Shown piece by piece: positions 1 through 10,885 of a stretch of DNA of 64,000 nucleotides. Within the stretch, counting starts at the first letter, position 1. Every line of letters starts with the position of its first letter. A program made the position numbers and the translations under genes. The stretch is from Felis catus. Its lineage: Eukaryota. The stretch spans positions 151,902,001-151,966,000 of the forward strand of contig NC_058368.1 of assembly GCF_018350175.1 (NCBI RefSeq). Direction: 5' to 3'. The notes beneath the pieces are model-generated. The model was not told the DNA's origin. It made no database searches and worked only from the letters and a program-made list of their open reading frames with translations.

Positions 1-39
1 GAGCTTAATTTCAAACTAAATACAGAAGGAAGGTCAATG

Positions 40-192
40 AATTTTAAAATCGATCAATAGAAATTACCCAAATTGAAGCACATAGAGAAAAAAAACTAAA
101 AATTCTAAGAACAGTTCATAAAGGACATGTAGGACAAGAAAGCACTTGTGTAACCAGAGCCCCAAAAGAAGAGAAGTATTTTTTAAAAAATT
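40..192 (+). mobile_element. Ancient LINE-1 (L1M-type) ORF1 remnant, left part
   Basis: Degenerate match to L1 ORF1 coding sequence (gatcaatagaaattacccaaattgaagcacatagagaaaa...gtaaccagagccccaaaagaagag). Appears to continue at ~4354-5060 after a younger L1 insertion. Confidence 0.6.
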
Positions 193-2457
193 AAAAAATC
201 ATGTTAGGAAGACAGCAGAATATGAGGACCCTAAGCCTGCCTCTTCCCATGGACACAACTAGATAACATTCATGGTGGAAATATCCAGAAAATGACCCAA
301 AGACTGGCAGAACAAACTGTACAACTAAAGATACAGAACAGGCCACATCAAAGAAGGGAGGAAGCACAGAGACGTGATCTGGCACTGACTGAGACCATGG
401 CCAGCCTCGGTCAAAAGGGGAGCTAGTGGTGCCAAGAAGGGCAAGAAACACACTATCACACCAGGAAGCCCACAAGGGGAAGACAAATCCTCATAATATT
501 TTCCTTCACAAATGAGTAGGGACAAATTTCCTGAATTCTTACAACCAGTGGGATTTAAAGCCTGGAATATTAAAAATCAGGCTTGGTTCATGCAGATACA
601 ATGCGGAACAAGCAGTTTTACTAAAACAGTGGGAGCAGATGGGGGAGGAGAGTGATTTGTTCATCTCAGCGTATGGCCCAGAGAGACAGCTATCACAAGA
701 CCCCTTCAAAAACAAAGGAGCTGACAAGCAGCACTTCCCTTCTCCTATAATAAACAATGGTCACCTGTGTGAAGACCACAGCAGGGAGTCTACACTACCT
801 ACCTTGCTTTCACTAAACCCCAACTTCTCATGCTTTGGTGGACCCTGTCCTTCCCAGTCCCACTAGTTTCTGTCCCAGTGCTGCAGCATGCCTCCCCCCA
901 GAAGACTGGCACAAAAGCCACCAACACCACATTTCTAACCTGTGGGTTTTGAGGGGCCTTGGTTCTGGTAGTGTTGGCAGCAAGTCTCATTTTGCAAGCA
1001 GACCAGCACATCCCTTGTTAAAACACACTCCACCCCAACCAGCAACAAACAAGGCTCACAAGAGGCAAAGAGAACCTCTGCAGACAACTGAAGGAAAAGC
1101 ATCCAGGACCCAACATCAGGGCATAGGCAACACACAGAGGAGACACTCCCTGAAGAGCCAGATCTTGGGGAACAGAAGACACTCCACCGCAGGGCATTAA
1201 AGAACATCTTCGTCATAAAAACAATACCTTCAAGAGCAGGAGAGGTAGCTGACCTTCCTAATATACAGAAACAGACAGAATCAGAGGAACATGTCCCAAA
1301 TGAAAGAACAGAACAGAACTTACTGGACTTGAGAAAGGAATGGAGGACATCAGTATGCGACGCTTAATAAAGAGATGAAAAAGAACCATTCAGCAATGAA
1401 AAACACAGTAAAAAATTACAAACACACTTGATGGAATAAACAGTAGGCCAGAGGAAGCAGAGGAATGAATTAATGATCTGGGAGACAGAGTAATCGAAAG
1501 CAATAAAGTTGAGCAAGTGAGAGAAAAAACATTATGCAAATTGCGAGTAGACTTAGGGAACTCAGTGACTCTATCAAGTGTAATAACATTAACATTATAG
1601 GGATCCCAGAAGAAAGAGAGAGAAAAAGGGTCAGGAAATTCATTTGACAATATAATAGCTTAAAACTTCCCTTATCTGGACAAGGAAACAGAAATCCAGA
1701 TCCAGGATGCACAGAGATCCCCCAACAAAATCAACCCAAGGAGGTCCACACCAAAATGTATAGTAATTAAAATGGCAAACATTAGTGATAAAGGAAACAT
1801 TTTCAAAGCATCAAGAGAAAAGACACTTACATACAAAGGAAGCTCCACAAGGTTATCAGCTGATTTTTCATCAGAAACTTTGTAGGTCAGAAGGGAGTGT
1901 CATGATATATTCAAAGTGCTGGCAGGGAAAAATATGCAGCCAAGAATACTGTATCTAGCAAAGCTATTATTCAGCAGAGACTCACAGATAAAAATTTTCT
2001 CAGACAAGCAAAAACTAAAGGAATTCATGATCACTAAATTAGCCATAGAAGATATATTAAAGGGAACAAAATGAGTGGAAAAAACCATAAGTGAGTATGA
2101 AAAGTAGGAATCACAAAAGCAGTAAAAATAAATTTATCTATAAAAATCAGTAAAGGATCCACAAAATAAAAGATTGTAAAATATGACATTATATACCTAA
2201 AATGTCGGGGGGGGAGAGGAGTAAAAATTGGGTTCAAATTTAAGTGACCATCAACTTAAAACAGACTGCTATATGCAGGAGATATTATATATAAACCTAA
2301 TGGTAACCACAAATCAAAAACCAATAATACCTAAGCAAAGAATAAAGAATAAAAAGAAAGGAATCCAAGTATATCACTAAAGAAAGCCAACTAGTTATAA
2401 GAGAAGAGATCAAGAGAAGGATCAGAGAAAAATCACAAAAACCACAGAGGTAACAAA

Positions 2458-3508
2458 ATGGCAATAAATGCATATCTATCATAATTACTTTGAATGTAAA
2501 TGGACTCAATTCTCCAATTAAAAGATTTAGGGTGACAGAATTGATAAAAAAAAAAACACAAGACCCATCTATATGTTGCCTACAAGAGGCTCATTCAGAC
2601 CTAAAGATACCTACAGACTAAAAGTAAGGATATGAACAAACATGTATCATGCAAATGAAAGTCAAAATAAAGCCAGGGTGGTAATACTTATTTTGGACAA
2701 ATTACTTACAACAAAGACTATAGGGGCATTTGGGTGGCTTAGTCAGTTAAGCATCCAACTTCGGTTCAAGTCATGTTCTTGCAACTCGTGACTTTGAGCC
2801 CCATGTCAGGCTCTGTGTTGACAACTCAGAGCCTGGAGACTGCTTTGGATTCTGTGTCTTCCTCTCTCTCTGCTTCACCACTGCTCCCACTGTGTCTCTC
2901 CCTCTTTCAAAAATAAACATTAAATCTTAAAAAAAAAAAGACTGTAACAAGAGACAAAATGAGACACTATATAATAATAAAAGGGAAAATACCGTAAGAA
3001 TATATAACAATTGTAAATATTTATGAACCCAACACGAAAACATCCTAATACATAAAACAGTTAGTAACAACTATAAAGAAACATACCAATAATAATATAG
3101 TAATAGTAAGGGACTTTAACACCCCATTTACATCAATGGACAGATCATCCAAACAGAAAATCAACAGAGAAACATTGGCTTTGAATGGTACCCTGAACCA
3201 GTTGCATTTCACAGATATATTCAGAATAGTCCATTCTAATACAGCAGAATACACATTCTTTTCCAGGGTACATGGAACATTCTCCAGGATAAATCACATA
3301 TTAGGCCACAAAGCAGGTCTCAACAAACTCAAAATGATCAAAGTCATGCCATGCACCACAACACTATGAAACAAGAAATCAACCACAGGAATAATCTGCA
3401 AAGACCACAAATACAAGAATGTTAAATAATATGCCATTAAACAATGAATGGGTCAACCAAGAAATCAAAGAGTAAATAAAATACATAGATAAAAATGAAA
3501 ATGAAAAT
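2458..3508 (+). pseudogene. Disrupted L1 ORF2 APE-like endonuclease domain
   Basis: ataattactttgaatgtaaatggactcaat (ITLNVNGLN), tgttgcctacaagag (CCLQE), gactttaacacccca (DFNTP) and the 3136-3369 ORF. Frameshifts, stops and a SINE insertion are present. Confidence 0.88.
2723..2936 (+). mobile_element. CanSINE (SINEC) inserted in L1 ORF2
   Basis: ggggcatttgggtggcttagtcagttaag head, CT-rich body, AATAAA and A tail. TSD aaagactata 2713-2722 / aaagactgta 2937-2946. Confidence 0.95.
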
Positions 3509-4410
3509 GTCTGCAACTAATATTATACTGTACATTCACTAACTGGAATTTAAATAAAAACTTAAAAGAAAGACCTACAATGATATCACCTCACACCTGT
3601 CAAAATGGCTAACATCAAAAACACAAAAAATAACAAACGTTGGCAAGGATGTGGAGAAAAAGGAATTCTCATACACTGTTGGATTGCAAACGGGTGCAGC
3701 CACTGTGGAAAACAATATGGAGGTTCCCCAAAAGTTAAAAATAGAACAGCCCTAAGATTCAGTAATCAGGCTACTAGGTATATACCCCCAAAACACAAAA
3801 ACACTAATTCAAAGGAATGCATGCATCCTTATGTTCACTGCAGCATTATTTACAGTCAAATTGTTGAAGCACTCTAAGCATCCATCAACAGATGAATACA
3901 GAAGATGTGATATATATACACAATGTAACATATGCAATGTAATAATATGTAATGTAATGTCATATTATTCATATGAAAGAATGAAATCTTGCCATCTGCA
4001 ATGACATGAATGGAGCCAAAGAGTATAATGATTAGCAAAATAAGTCAGAGAAAGAGAAATACGCTATGATCTCACTCATATGTGGAATTTAAGAAACAAA
4101 AGAGCAAAGGAAAACAAAAGAGAGAGACAAACCAAGAAATAGACTCTTAACTTTAGAGAACAAAGTGATGGTTATCAAAGGGGAGATAGGATGGGGAATG
4201 GGTGAAATAAATGGAGATTAAGAGTACATTTATTATGAGTACTGAGTAATGTATAAAATTGTCCAATCACTATGTTGTACACCTGAAACTAATGCTATAG
4301 TTTATATACTGGAATTAAAATAAAAATTTTAAAAATTTGAAAAAAAACAGTTATTTAAGATGCTCAATGAATTCATGTAATACAAGTACAAACAAAACTA
4401 TATTTCATCA

Positions 4411-4703
4411 GTGGCTACTGGGTGACTCAGTAGGTTAAGTGTCTGACTCTTGATTTTGGCTCAGGTGCTGATTACACAGGTTTGTGAGTTTGAGCCCCAC
4501 ATTGGGCTCTGCACTGTCAGAGCCTGCTTGGGATTTTTTCTCTCTCTCTTTTTCCTTCCTTCCTTCCTTCCTTCCTTCCTTCCTTCCTTCCTTCCTTCCT
4601 TCCTTCCTTCCTTTCTTTTTCTCTCTTTCTCTCTCTCTCCCTCCCTCTGCTCCTCCCCCAGCTCACATTTGAGCTCTCTCAAAATAAGTAAATAAATTTT
4701 AAA
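4411..4703 (+). mobile_element. Older CanSINE with expanded (TTCC)n
   Basis: tgggtgactcagtaggttaag head, gagtttgagcccc B-box region, aaaataagtaaataaa tail, approximate TSD aaaacta(ta)tttca. Confidence 0.92.
4552..4612. repeat. (TTCC)n microsatellite, about 15 units
   Basis: Direct reading. It explains the FLPS and RKEG repeat ORFs. Confidence 0.97.
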
Positions 4704-5064
4704 AAAACTATTTCACCATAATCAAGTTACCAAAGACCAACTTAAAAAAAAATCATAAAAACAGACTGCAAAGACATTTTATACAAAGTAGAATAACAAT
4801 GACAAAGATAATTGACATCTCATCAGAAAAAAATACAACCCATGTGTTAATGGAATGCCATCTTTAAAGTGATGATAAAAAAAGAAAAACGGCTGTCAAA
4901 ATAGATTTCTATACCTAGCAAAAGTCTCACCTGAAAAAAATCAAAAGGAAGACATTTTCAAACACAAGGTGAGAGGATGTTTTGTCTTTAAATCACTCCT
5001 CAAGTTATAATAAAGGAAAATACTGAAGAAAGTTCATTAAGCTGAAAGAAAATTATCACAAATT

Positions 5065-6310
5065 CTCCATTTCTATTTCTCATTTCTCTTCACTGGTTCC
5101 TGTGAAATCAAATTACCATGTAGTATCATTTCCTTACTCCACTACAGATTTGTTTCCACCCATTTCATTTGTTCTGTTATTGTTACACATATTCCTATGC
5201 ACTACAGGTTCAACAATAAAGTTATACATACATAAAACTTGATAATTATACATATGTACATACACACATCATTTAATGCAAATTATCTTTAAATCATCAA
5301 TAGATGAGAAAATCAAAATATTCAATTTTACTTTCACAATTGCCTACAAAATTACATTAAGTGGTTCTTTTTTTTTTTCTTTTCCATGAGGATTTAAATT
5401 ACTCTTTGATGTCATTTGCATTCTGCTTGAAGACGTTCTTTTAAGTGTTTCTTATAGGGTGGACCTGCTAACAAATTTTCTAAGGTTCTGTTTATCCAGA
5501 ACTGTTTTAATTTTACATTTTTGAAAAATACTTTTCTGCATATATAATTCTTTGGCACTTCAAATATATCCTTTCACTACCTTTTTACTCACTGCCTCCA
5601 TTATTTCCCATGATAAATTAGTTGTTAATTTTATTGGGATTCCATTGTCTGTGGTAATTCTCTTCATTGCTTCCAAGAGTTTCTGTATTTGTCCAGCAAC
5701 AAATGACTAGACTATGTCTGTGTATTAATATCTTTATACTACTTGGAGTTCATGGACCTTTTTGAATATTTAGAATAATCTTTCTCAACCAAATTGTCAA
5801 GCTTTTAAGTCAGTATTTCTTCAAATATTGATGTTTGCTCTTTTTCTTTCTCTTTTTAGGTACTCTTATTATTTATGTTGATACCCTTAATAGAGTCCTG
5901 CATTTCTCTGAGACTACTCATTTTCCTTCATTCCTTTTTTCACCCTCTATATTCATATTACATAATCTTCATATATCTATCTTTAAGTTCATTGATTCTT
6001 TCTTCTGCCAGCTCAATACTGTTGAATCCCTTTGGTGATTTTTTTCATATCAATTATTCTTAGGTGTCAACTTCAAATTTACCATTTAAAAAATTATTTC
6101 TATCTTTCATGAACATTTTCTATTTTAGGAGATATTGTCACCCTATATTTAAATTTTTACACATAACTTCCTTTAGTTTTTTAACCTATTTACAATATAT
6201 ACTTTGAAGTCTGCTAAGTCCAATATCTGGGACATCTCAAAGGCAGTTCCTATTAATTGCTTTACTGTACTTTTGTATGTGTTACACTTTATTGCTTCTT
6301 TATATGTTTG
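5065..6310 (-). mobile_element. Ancient L1 fragment (ORF1/inter-ORF region), antisense
   Basis: T-rich antisense ORF1-like text (tttcttatagggtggacctgcta...tttttgaaaaatacttttctgcatatataattctt...attgattctttcttctgcca). Confidence 0.7.
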
Positions 6311-6924
6311 GACATCACTTTAATTTCTTCTTTGGCAATGATAATTCATGTCCTTGGCAATAAAGCATACAATAGGAGTTTGTTATGGGTCAGAAAAATC
6401 CATCTCTATTAAAAATAAATAGGTGAAAAACCTGTGGTTATGTCTTCATATGCTACCAACCAAAAATCACAAATTATTGTTGCTAGAAACTTACTCAGGA
6501 AAAGAAATTGTAAAATTCTATTATTTTAACTTCCATCAGTTTTATCTGCATAGCATGTTCCAAGAGGAAAAGTTTCCCAATATCAGCACTTGGAATGTAT
6601 CCAATGTTCCTTGAGATGTATCTAGAAACATTTCTCCATGCAATCACATTCCTAGTCTGTTCTTCATTCCAGGTCTCCTAAAATTTTTTTCCAACATAAT
6701 AAACACCTAAGTCGGTTGCATTCCTGGACACTAGTACTAATCTCAGATGGTGACCAAGGGTTCATGATTCACCCATAGACATCTACTTCAGACATCTAAG
6801 TTCTTTTTTTTTCATTTTTTGAGTTTTTTTCCCTATGTATCAAATGTTACCGTATTTCCAGGCACTTCTGTTTCAATTCAGTGAATTTCCAGGACTTCTG
6901 TTTTTCTAATAGGTTTTATGTTTT

Positions 6925-7144
6925 TTTTTTTATTTTTTTTTCAACGTTTATTTATTTTGGGGACAGAGAGAGACAGAGCATGAACGGGGGAGGGGCAGAG
7001 AGAGAGGGAGACACAGAATCGGAAACAGGCTCCAGGCTCTGAGCCATCAGCCCAGAGCCTGACGCGGGGCTCGAACTCACGGACCGCGAGATCGTGACCT
7101 GGCTGAAGTCGGACCCTTAACCGACTGCGCCATCCAGGCGCCCC
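6925..7144 (-). mobile_element. Young felid SINE (SINEC_Fc-type)
   Basis: Reverse complement starts ggggcgcctggatggcgcagtcggttaag. CpGs retained. TSD aggttttatgtttt 6911-6924 / 7146-7159. Confidence 0.97.
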
Positions 7145-7823
7145 AAGGTTTTATGTTTTAAGAAAAAAAAAATTACAGCATATTCATCTAATTGTATTCA
7201 GAGAAAAAAGATGATAAAAATTACAAGTGATAAAAGTCATTTGATTACTATACATATATGTCTAGATAGTGTTTAACTTGGCAATATCCTACCAGTCAAT
7301 GTTTTTCTTTTTTTTTTTTTTTCATTTTTTTGCTATTTGAAGAAATAGGTGTAAACATTTCCACAATTGAATTAGCCTTTGTGTAATTCATTCAGGGATA
7401 GTATAGTAGTTTTTGCAGTCCTGCCTAATAGCATTCTGGAATTTCTCTAATATAAGTTTTTCCAGGATCAATAGGTGATCATTTCCTAAGAGATTCAGAG
7501 AAAAAAAAAACTGAATGAACGGCAAGAGAAACTATGTACTTAGATAAAAGGGATAGTGTGAAGATCTCAATTCTCCCCAAAGTAATCTATGAATTTAATA
7601 CAATCACAAAAAATCAGTAAGTTTTTTTTTCATATCTGATAAAATTGTTCAAAGGATTTTTTGGAGGATATATGTGAGAGAATAGCTATGTGATATTTGA
7701 CAAGTAACATTGCAGATATAAAAATTACTTCAAAGACTTAATAAATAAAACAAAGCAGAAACAGATCAATGGTAAAGGTAAGAAAAATATAAAATATATT
7801 CGATCATTGAAAATAAAATATTA

Positions 7824-8032
7824 GGGCACCTGGGTGGATCAGTGGGTTGGAAGTTGGACTTTGGCTCAGGTCATGTCACCACTGGGGGGTTCGAACCCCT
7901 GTCAGGCTCTGTGCTGACAGCTCGGAGCCCGAGGCCTGCTTGGGATTCTGTGTCTCTTTCCCTCTCTGCCCCTCCCCCACTCATACTCTGTCTCTGTCTC
8001 TCAAAAACAAACATTAAAAAAAATTTTTAAAA
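7824..8032 (+). mobile_element. CanSINE
   Basis: gggcacctgggtggatcag head, ggttcgaacccc B-box, CT tract, A tail. Confidence 0.95.
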
Positions 8033-8176
8033 GGAAAGAAAATATATGCCAGATCAGTGGAGAAATAACTCAGTATCATTTGGAAAACTGTTAACCATTA
8101 GGAAAACATAAAAGTGAATTCCTATGTCACATCAATGCATCAAAATTCTACACGGATTAAAGATCTACTTTTGTTA

Positions 8177-8348
8177 GAGTCCCTGGATGGCTCAGTTGGT
8201 CGATCATCCTACTCTTGATTTCACCTGAAGTCATGATCCCAGGATCCTGGGATTGAGTGCCACACTGGTCAGTGAGGAATCTACTTAACATTCTCTTCCT
8301 CTGTTCCTCTCCCTCTGCTCATGCTTTCTGTGTCTAAAATTTAAAAAG
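8177..8348 (+). mobile_element. Older, shorter CanSINE subfamily
   Basis: ccctggatggctcagttgg...actcttgatttca...gtcatgatcccagg...ttctcttcctctg. Confidence 0.85.
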
Positions 8349-8364
8349 CAAAAGATATAAATTT

Positions 8365-8574
8365 TTTTTAACGTTTTTTTTAATTTTTGAGACAGAGAGA
8401 GACAGAGCATGAATAGGGGAGGGACAGAGAGAGAGGGAGACACAGAATCTGAAGCAGGCTCCAGGCTCCAAGCCATCAGCCCAGAGCCCGACGTGGGGCT
8501 GGAACTCACGGACCACAAGATCGTGACCTGAGCTGAAGTCGGAAGCTTAACCAACTGAGCCAGCCAGGCGCCCC
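8365..8574 (-). mobile_element. Felid CanSINE
   Basis: Ends ccaggcgcccc on the + strand. Perfect TSD aagatataaattt 8352-8364 / 8575-8587. Confidence 0.97.
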
Positions 8575-8602
8575 AAGATATAAATTTAAAAACACAAGAA
8601 TT

Positions 8603-8819
8603 GGGGCACCTGGGTGGCTCAGTCAGTTAAGCGTCTAACTTCTGCTCAGGTCATGATCTCACAGGTTCTTGAGTTCAAGCCCGGGTCAGGCTCTGTGCTG
8701 ACAGCTCAGCGCCTGGAGCCTGCTTTGAATTTTGTATCTCCCTCTCTCTCTGCCCCTCCCCGGCTCATGCTCTTTCTCTCAAAAATAAATAAACATTAAA
8801 AAAAAAAAACCCAAAAAAT
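8603..8819 (+). mobile_element. Felid CanSINE
   Basis: ggggcacctgggtggctcagtcagttaagcg head. Perfect TSD aaaaacacaagaatt 8588-8602 / 8820-8834. Confidence 0.97.
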
Positions 8820-9369
8820 AAAAACACAAGAATTAATACAGGTGCTAATTATGTCATTTGGAATGAAAAAAATTATACATGACACCGCCTCAATATAAAG
8901 TATGAAGGAAAATATTGTTGGATTCCACTATATAAAAATACAATCTAAAACGCCCCATCATAATTGTGGTGCATCTGAGGGCAAGGGATCAAAAGAATTA
9001 ATTAATATCTAAGTATTTCTCACAAATCAAGAAGCCACCAATAAATATATGAACAAAGAAGGAACATCAAAAATTAACAGAAGAGTAAATACAAAGGAAA
9101 AATATTCCACAACACCAATAATCCACAAATGCAATTTTAAAACAATGAATTTTTTTTTCTTTGCAACCAAGAGAAGACATTTAACAAGGTTTAGCATTTG
9201 GAAAAAAATATGATCTCTCAATACCAATGGGAATGTAAATCAGTACCTTTTAAAAGAGAATTGATCACACGTATCAAAAGGGTTAAAATATTGCTTATTG
9301 ATCTCATAGTTATATTTCCAGGAATACATCATAAAAAATAATCATGAGAGTATGAAAGATTTAGCTACA

Positions 9370-9595
9370 GGGGCGCCTGGGTGGCGCAGTCAGTTAAGTG
9401 TCCGACTTCAGCCAGGTCACGATCTCGCGGTCCGTGAGTTCGAGCCCCACGTCAGGCTCTGGGCTGATGGCTCAGAGCCTGGAGCCTGTTTCCGATTCTG
9501 TGTCTCCCTCTCTCTCTGCCCCTCCCCCGTTCATGCTCTGTTTCTCTCTGTCCCAAAAATAAATAAACGTTGAAAAAAAAAATTAAAAAAAAAAA
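9370..9595 (+). mobile_element. Young felid SINE (SINEC_Fc-type)
   Basis: ggggcgcctgggtggcgcag head, long A tail, perfect TSD aaagatttagctaca 9355-9369 / 9596-9610. Confidence 0.98.
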
Positions 9596-10539
9596 AAAGA
9601 TTTAGCTACAAAAATACTTACTACAATTATAAAATTTCGGAAGTAACTTAAAAGGCCTGATTACACAATTCACAGTACAGAGACCTAATAAATTATAGGT
9701 AGTCATTTAAACAAAACCTCAGATGTTACTGGAAATATTTGTATTAAATAATACATAATATAATCCCACTAAACAGTATGTGTCCAATTAACAGTGGGAA
9801 AACTGTGTATATGATTTTTATCTCCTTTTGCCTACCTGTTATTTACTAACATTTTAACTAATATAGAAAATGAAGGAAAAGAATTGTTAATTATTAATAT
9901 ATGCCTTCTTCATTGAAAGCCTCCAATTTCTGAGAAGTGTTTCCAGACATCTGTGCTTGTGTGTCAGAGTCTGGATAACAGTAGATCTAATCTCAATTAA
10001 ATCTTGCAAGGATTTTATCTTACTCATCTTCCTGCCCACCTAAAACACAGTACAGTGTCTTAAACAAATTTCCAGGTACATTCTGTTGAATTTAATTTCC
10101 TTCAATTTGTGTTTACCCTTGAAACATTCAGCTTAATTTTCCCGTTAGTAATAGTAAATTCCCCAGTGGTGGGGAATGAGACAACTTCTTCATGCTCCAC
10201 TGTTTATTTTCCCTTTTGTTTAGATAGAGACCTAGGCAATGATTACAGCCTTGAAAACTCCACAGCTCTTCTATTGCTTCAAGGGTGACACTTTATTCTT
10301 TAATTAGAATATAAGCTTCTTGAGTACTGCAACAATGCAGTGTTTTTAGATCCTTTTCTTTCTCTAATGATACCTGTGTTTTACGTAGGATGGACAAAGG
10401 CAGACTCTTGGGGGAAAAAATCATGAAATGGATCAGAAAATGTCATTTTCTTTTGAAGTACTCTATTTTCACAAGAGCAATTTAGCACTCATCCTTTTAT
10501 GTGTGGTCCCCTGGTACATGGTAAGATGTGTATACTGCA

Positions 10540-10700
10540 TTTTTTCCTATTTATCATAATTTCTTATACACATATCTTCCACCTCTGCCAGAAGTAAATG
10601 CTTTGAGGTCAGGGATTTGCTTTATTCATCTCTGTATTTTCGAACCCCAATACCTCAGAGCATATACAGTAGTCACTCAATAAATGAATTCATGAATTCA
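10540..10700 (+). mobile_element. L2 3' end fragment
   Basis: gtaaatgctttgaggtcagggatttgctttattcatctctgta...cagtagtcactcaataaatgaat resembles the L2 terminus. Confidence 0.7.
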
Positions 10701-10714
10701 TGTGTTGACTGATC

Positions 10715-10885
10715 ATTCCAGTACTAGCTCTGCCACTTACAACTATGTAACTTTAGGAGGGCCAATTAGGTATGTGAAATTAATTTTTTCATTTATGTAA
10801 CAATCTCCTCATAAGATCTTTGAATCAAATGAGTTAAGTAGAACGTATATTGTTACCAAAAAATTGTATTAAATGTTCAATAAAT
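10715..10885 (+). mobile_element. MIR
   Basis: agctctgccacttacaactatgtaacttt MIR core, ending atgttcaataaata. Confidence 0.65.

Larger units (their letters stand above)
207..4345 (+). mobile_element. Carnivore LINE-1 (L1_Carn-type), 5'-complete but internally rearranged and inactive
   Basis: GC-richer 5'UTR ~207-1270, decayed ORF1 ~1270-2075, ORF2 start ATGGCAATAAAT at 2458 with endonuclease sequence (ORF 3136-3369 MDRSSKQKIN...HGTFSRINHILGHK), ORF2 C-terminus and 3'UTR ~3575-4330, A-rich tail. Degenerate TSD aaaaaatcatgtta (193-206) / aaaaaaacagtta (4341-4353). Confidence 0.92.
4354..5060 (+). mobile_element. Ancient L1 ORF1 C-terminal remnant (continuation of 40-192)
   Basis: gacatctcatcagaaaa...atggaatgccatctttaaagtg...tttctatacctagcaaaa resembles the ORF1 segment at 1860-1965 of the younger L1. 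Confidence 0.7.
7540..9880 (+). mobile_element. Ancient L1 (L1ME-like) ORF2 3' part and 3'UTR remnant, interrupted by five SINEs
   Basis: tgtgaagatctcaattctccccaaagtaatctatgaatttaatacaatc, acagatcaatgg, ggattaaagatcta and gggaatgtaaatcagtac occur in colinear L1 ORF2 order. Confidence 0.7.

Noticed and set aside
4450..4695. FLPS and RKEG repeat ORFs
   Set aside because: Translation of (TTCC)n inside a SINE.
7824..9595. tRNA-like A/B boxes and recurring ~200-bp units that could be mistaken for tRNA genes or an array
   Set aside because: These are tRNA-derived CanSINE heads with CT tract, A tail and TSDs. There is no cloverleaf gene and no CRISPR-like repeat-spacer periodicity.
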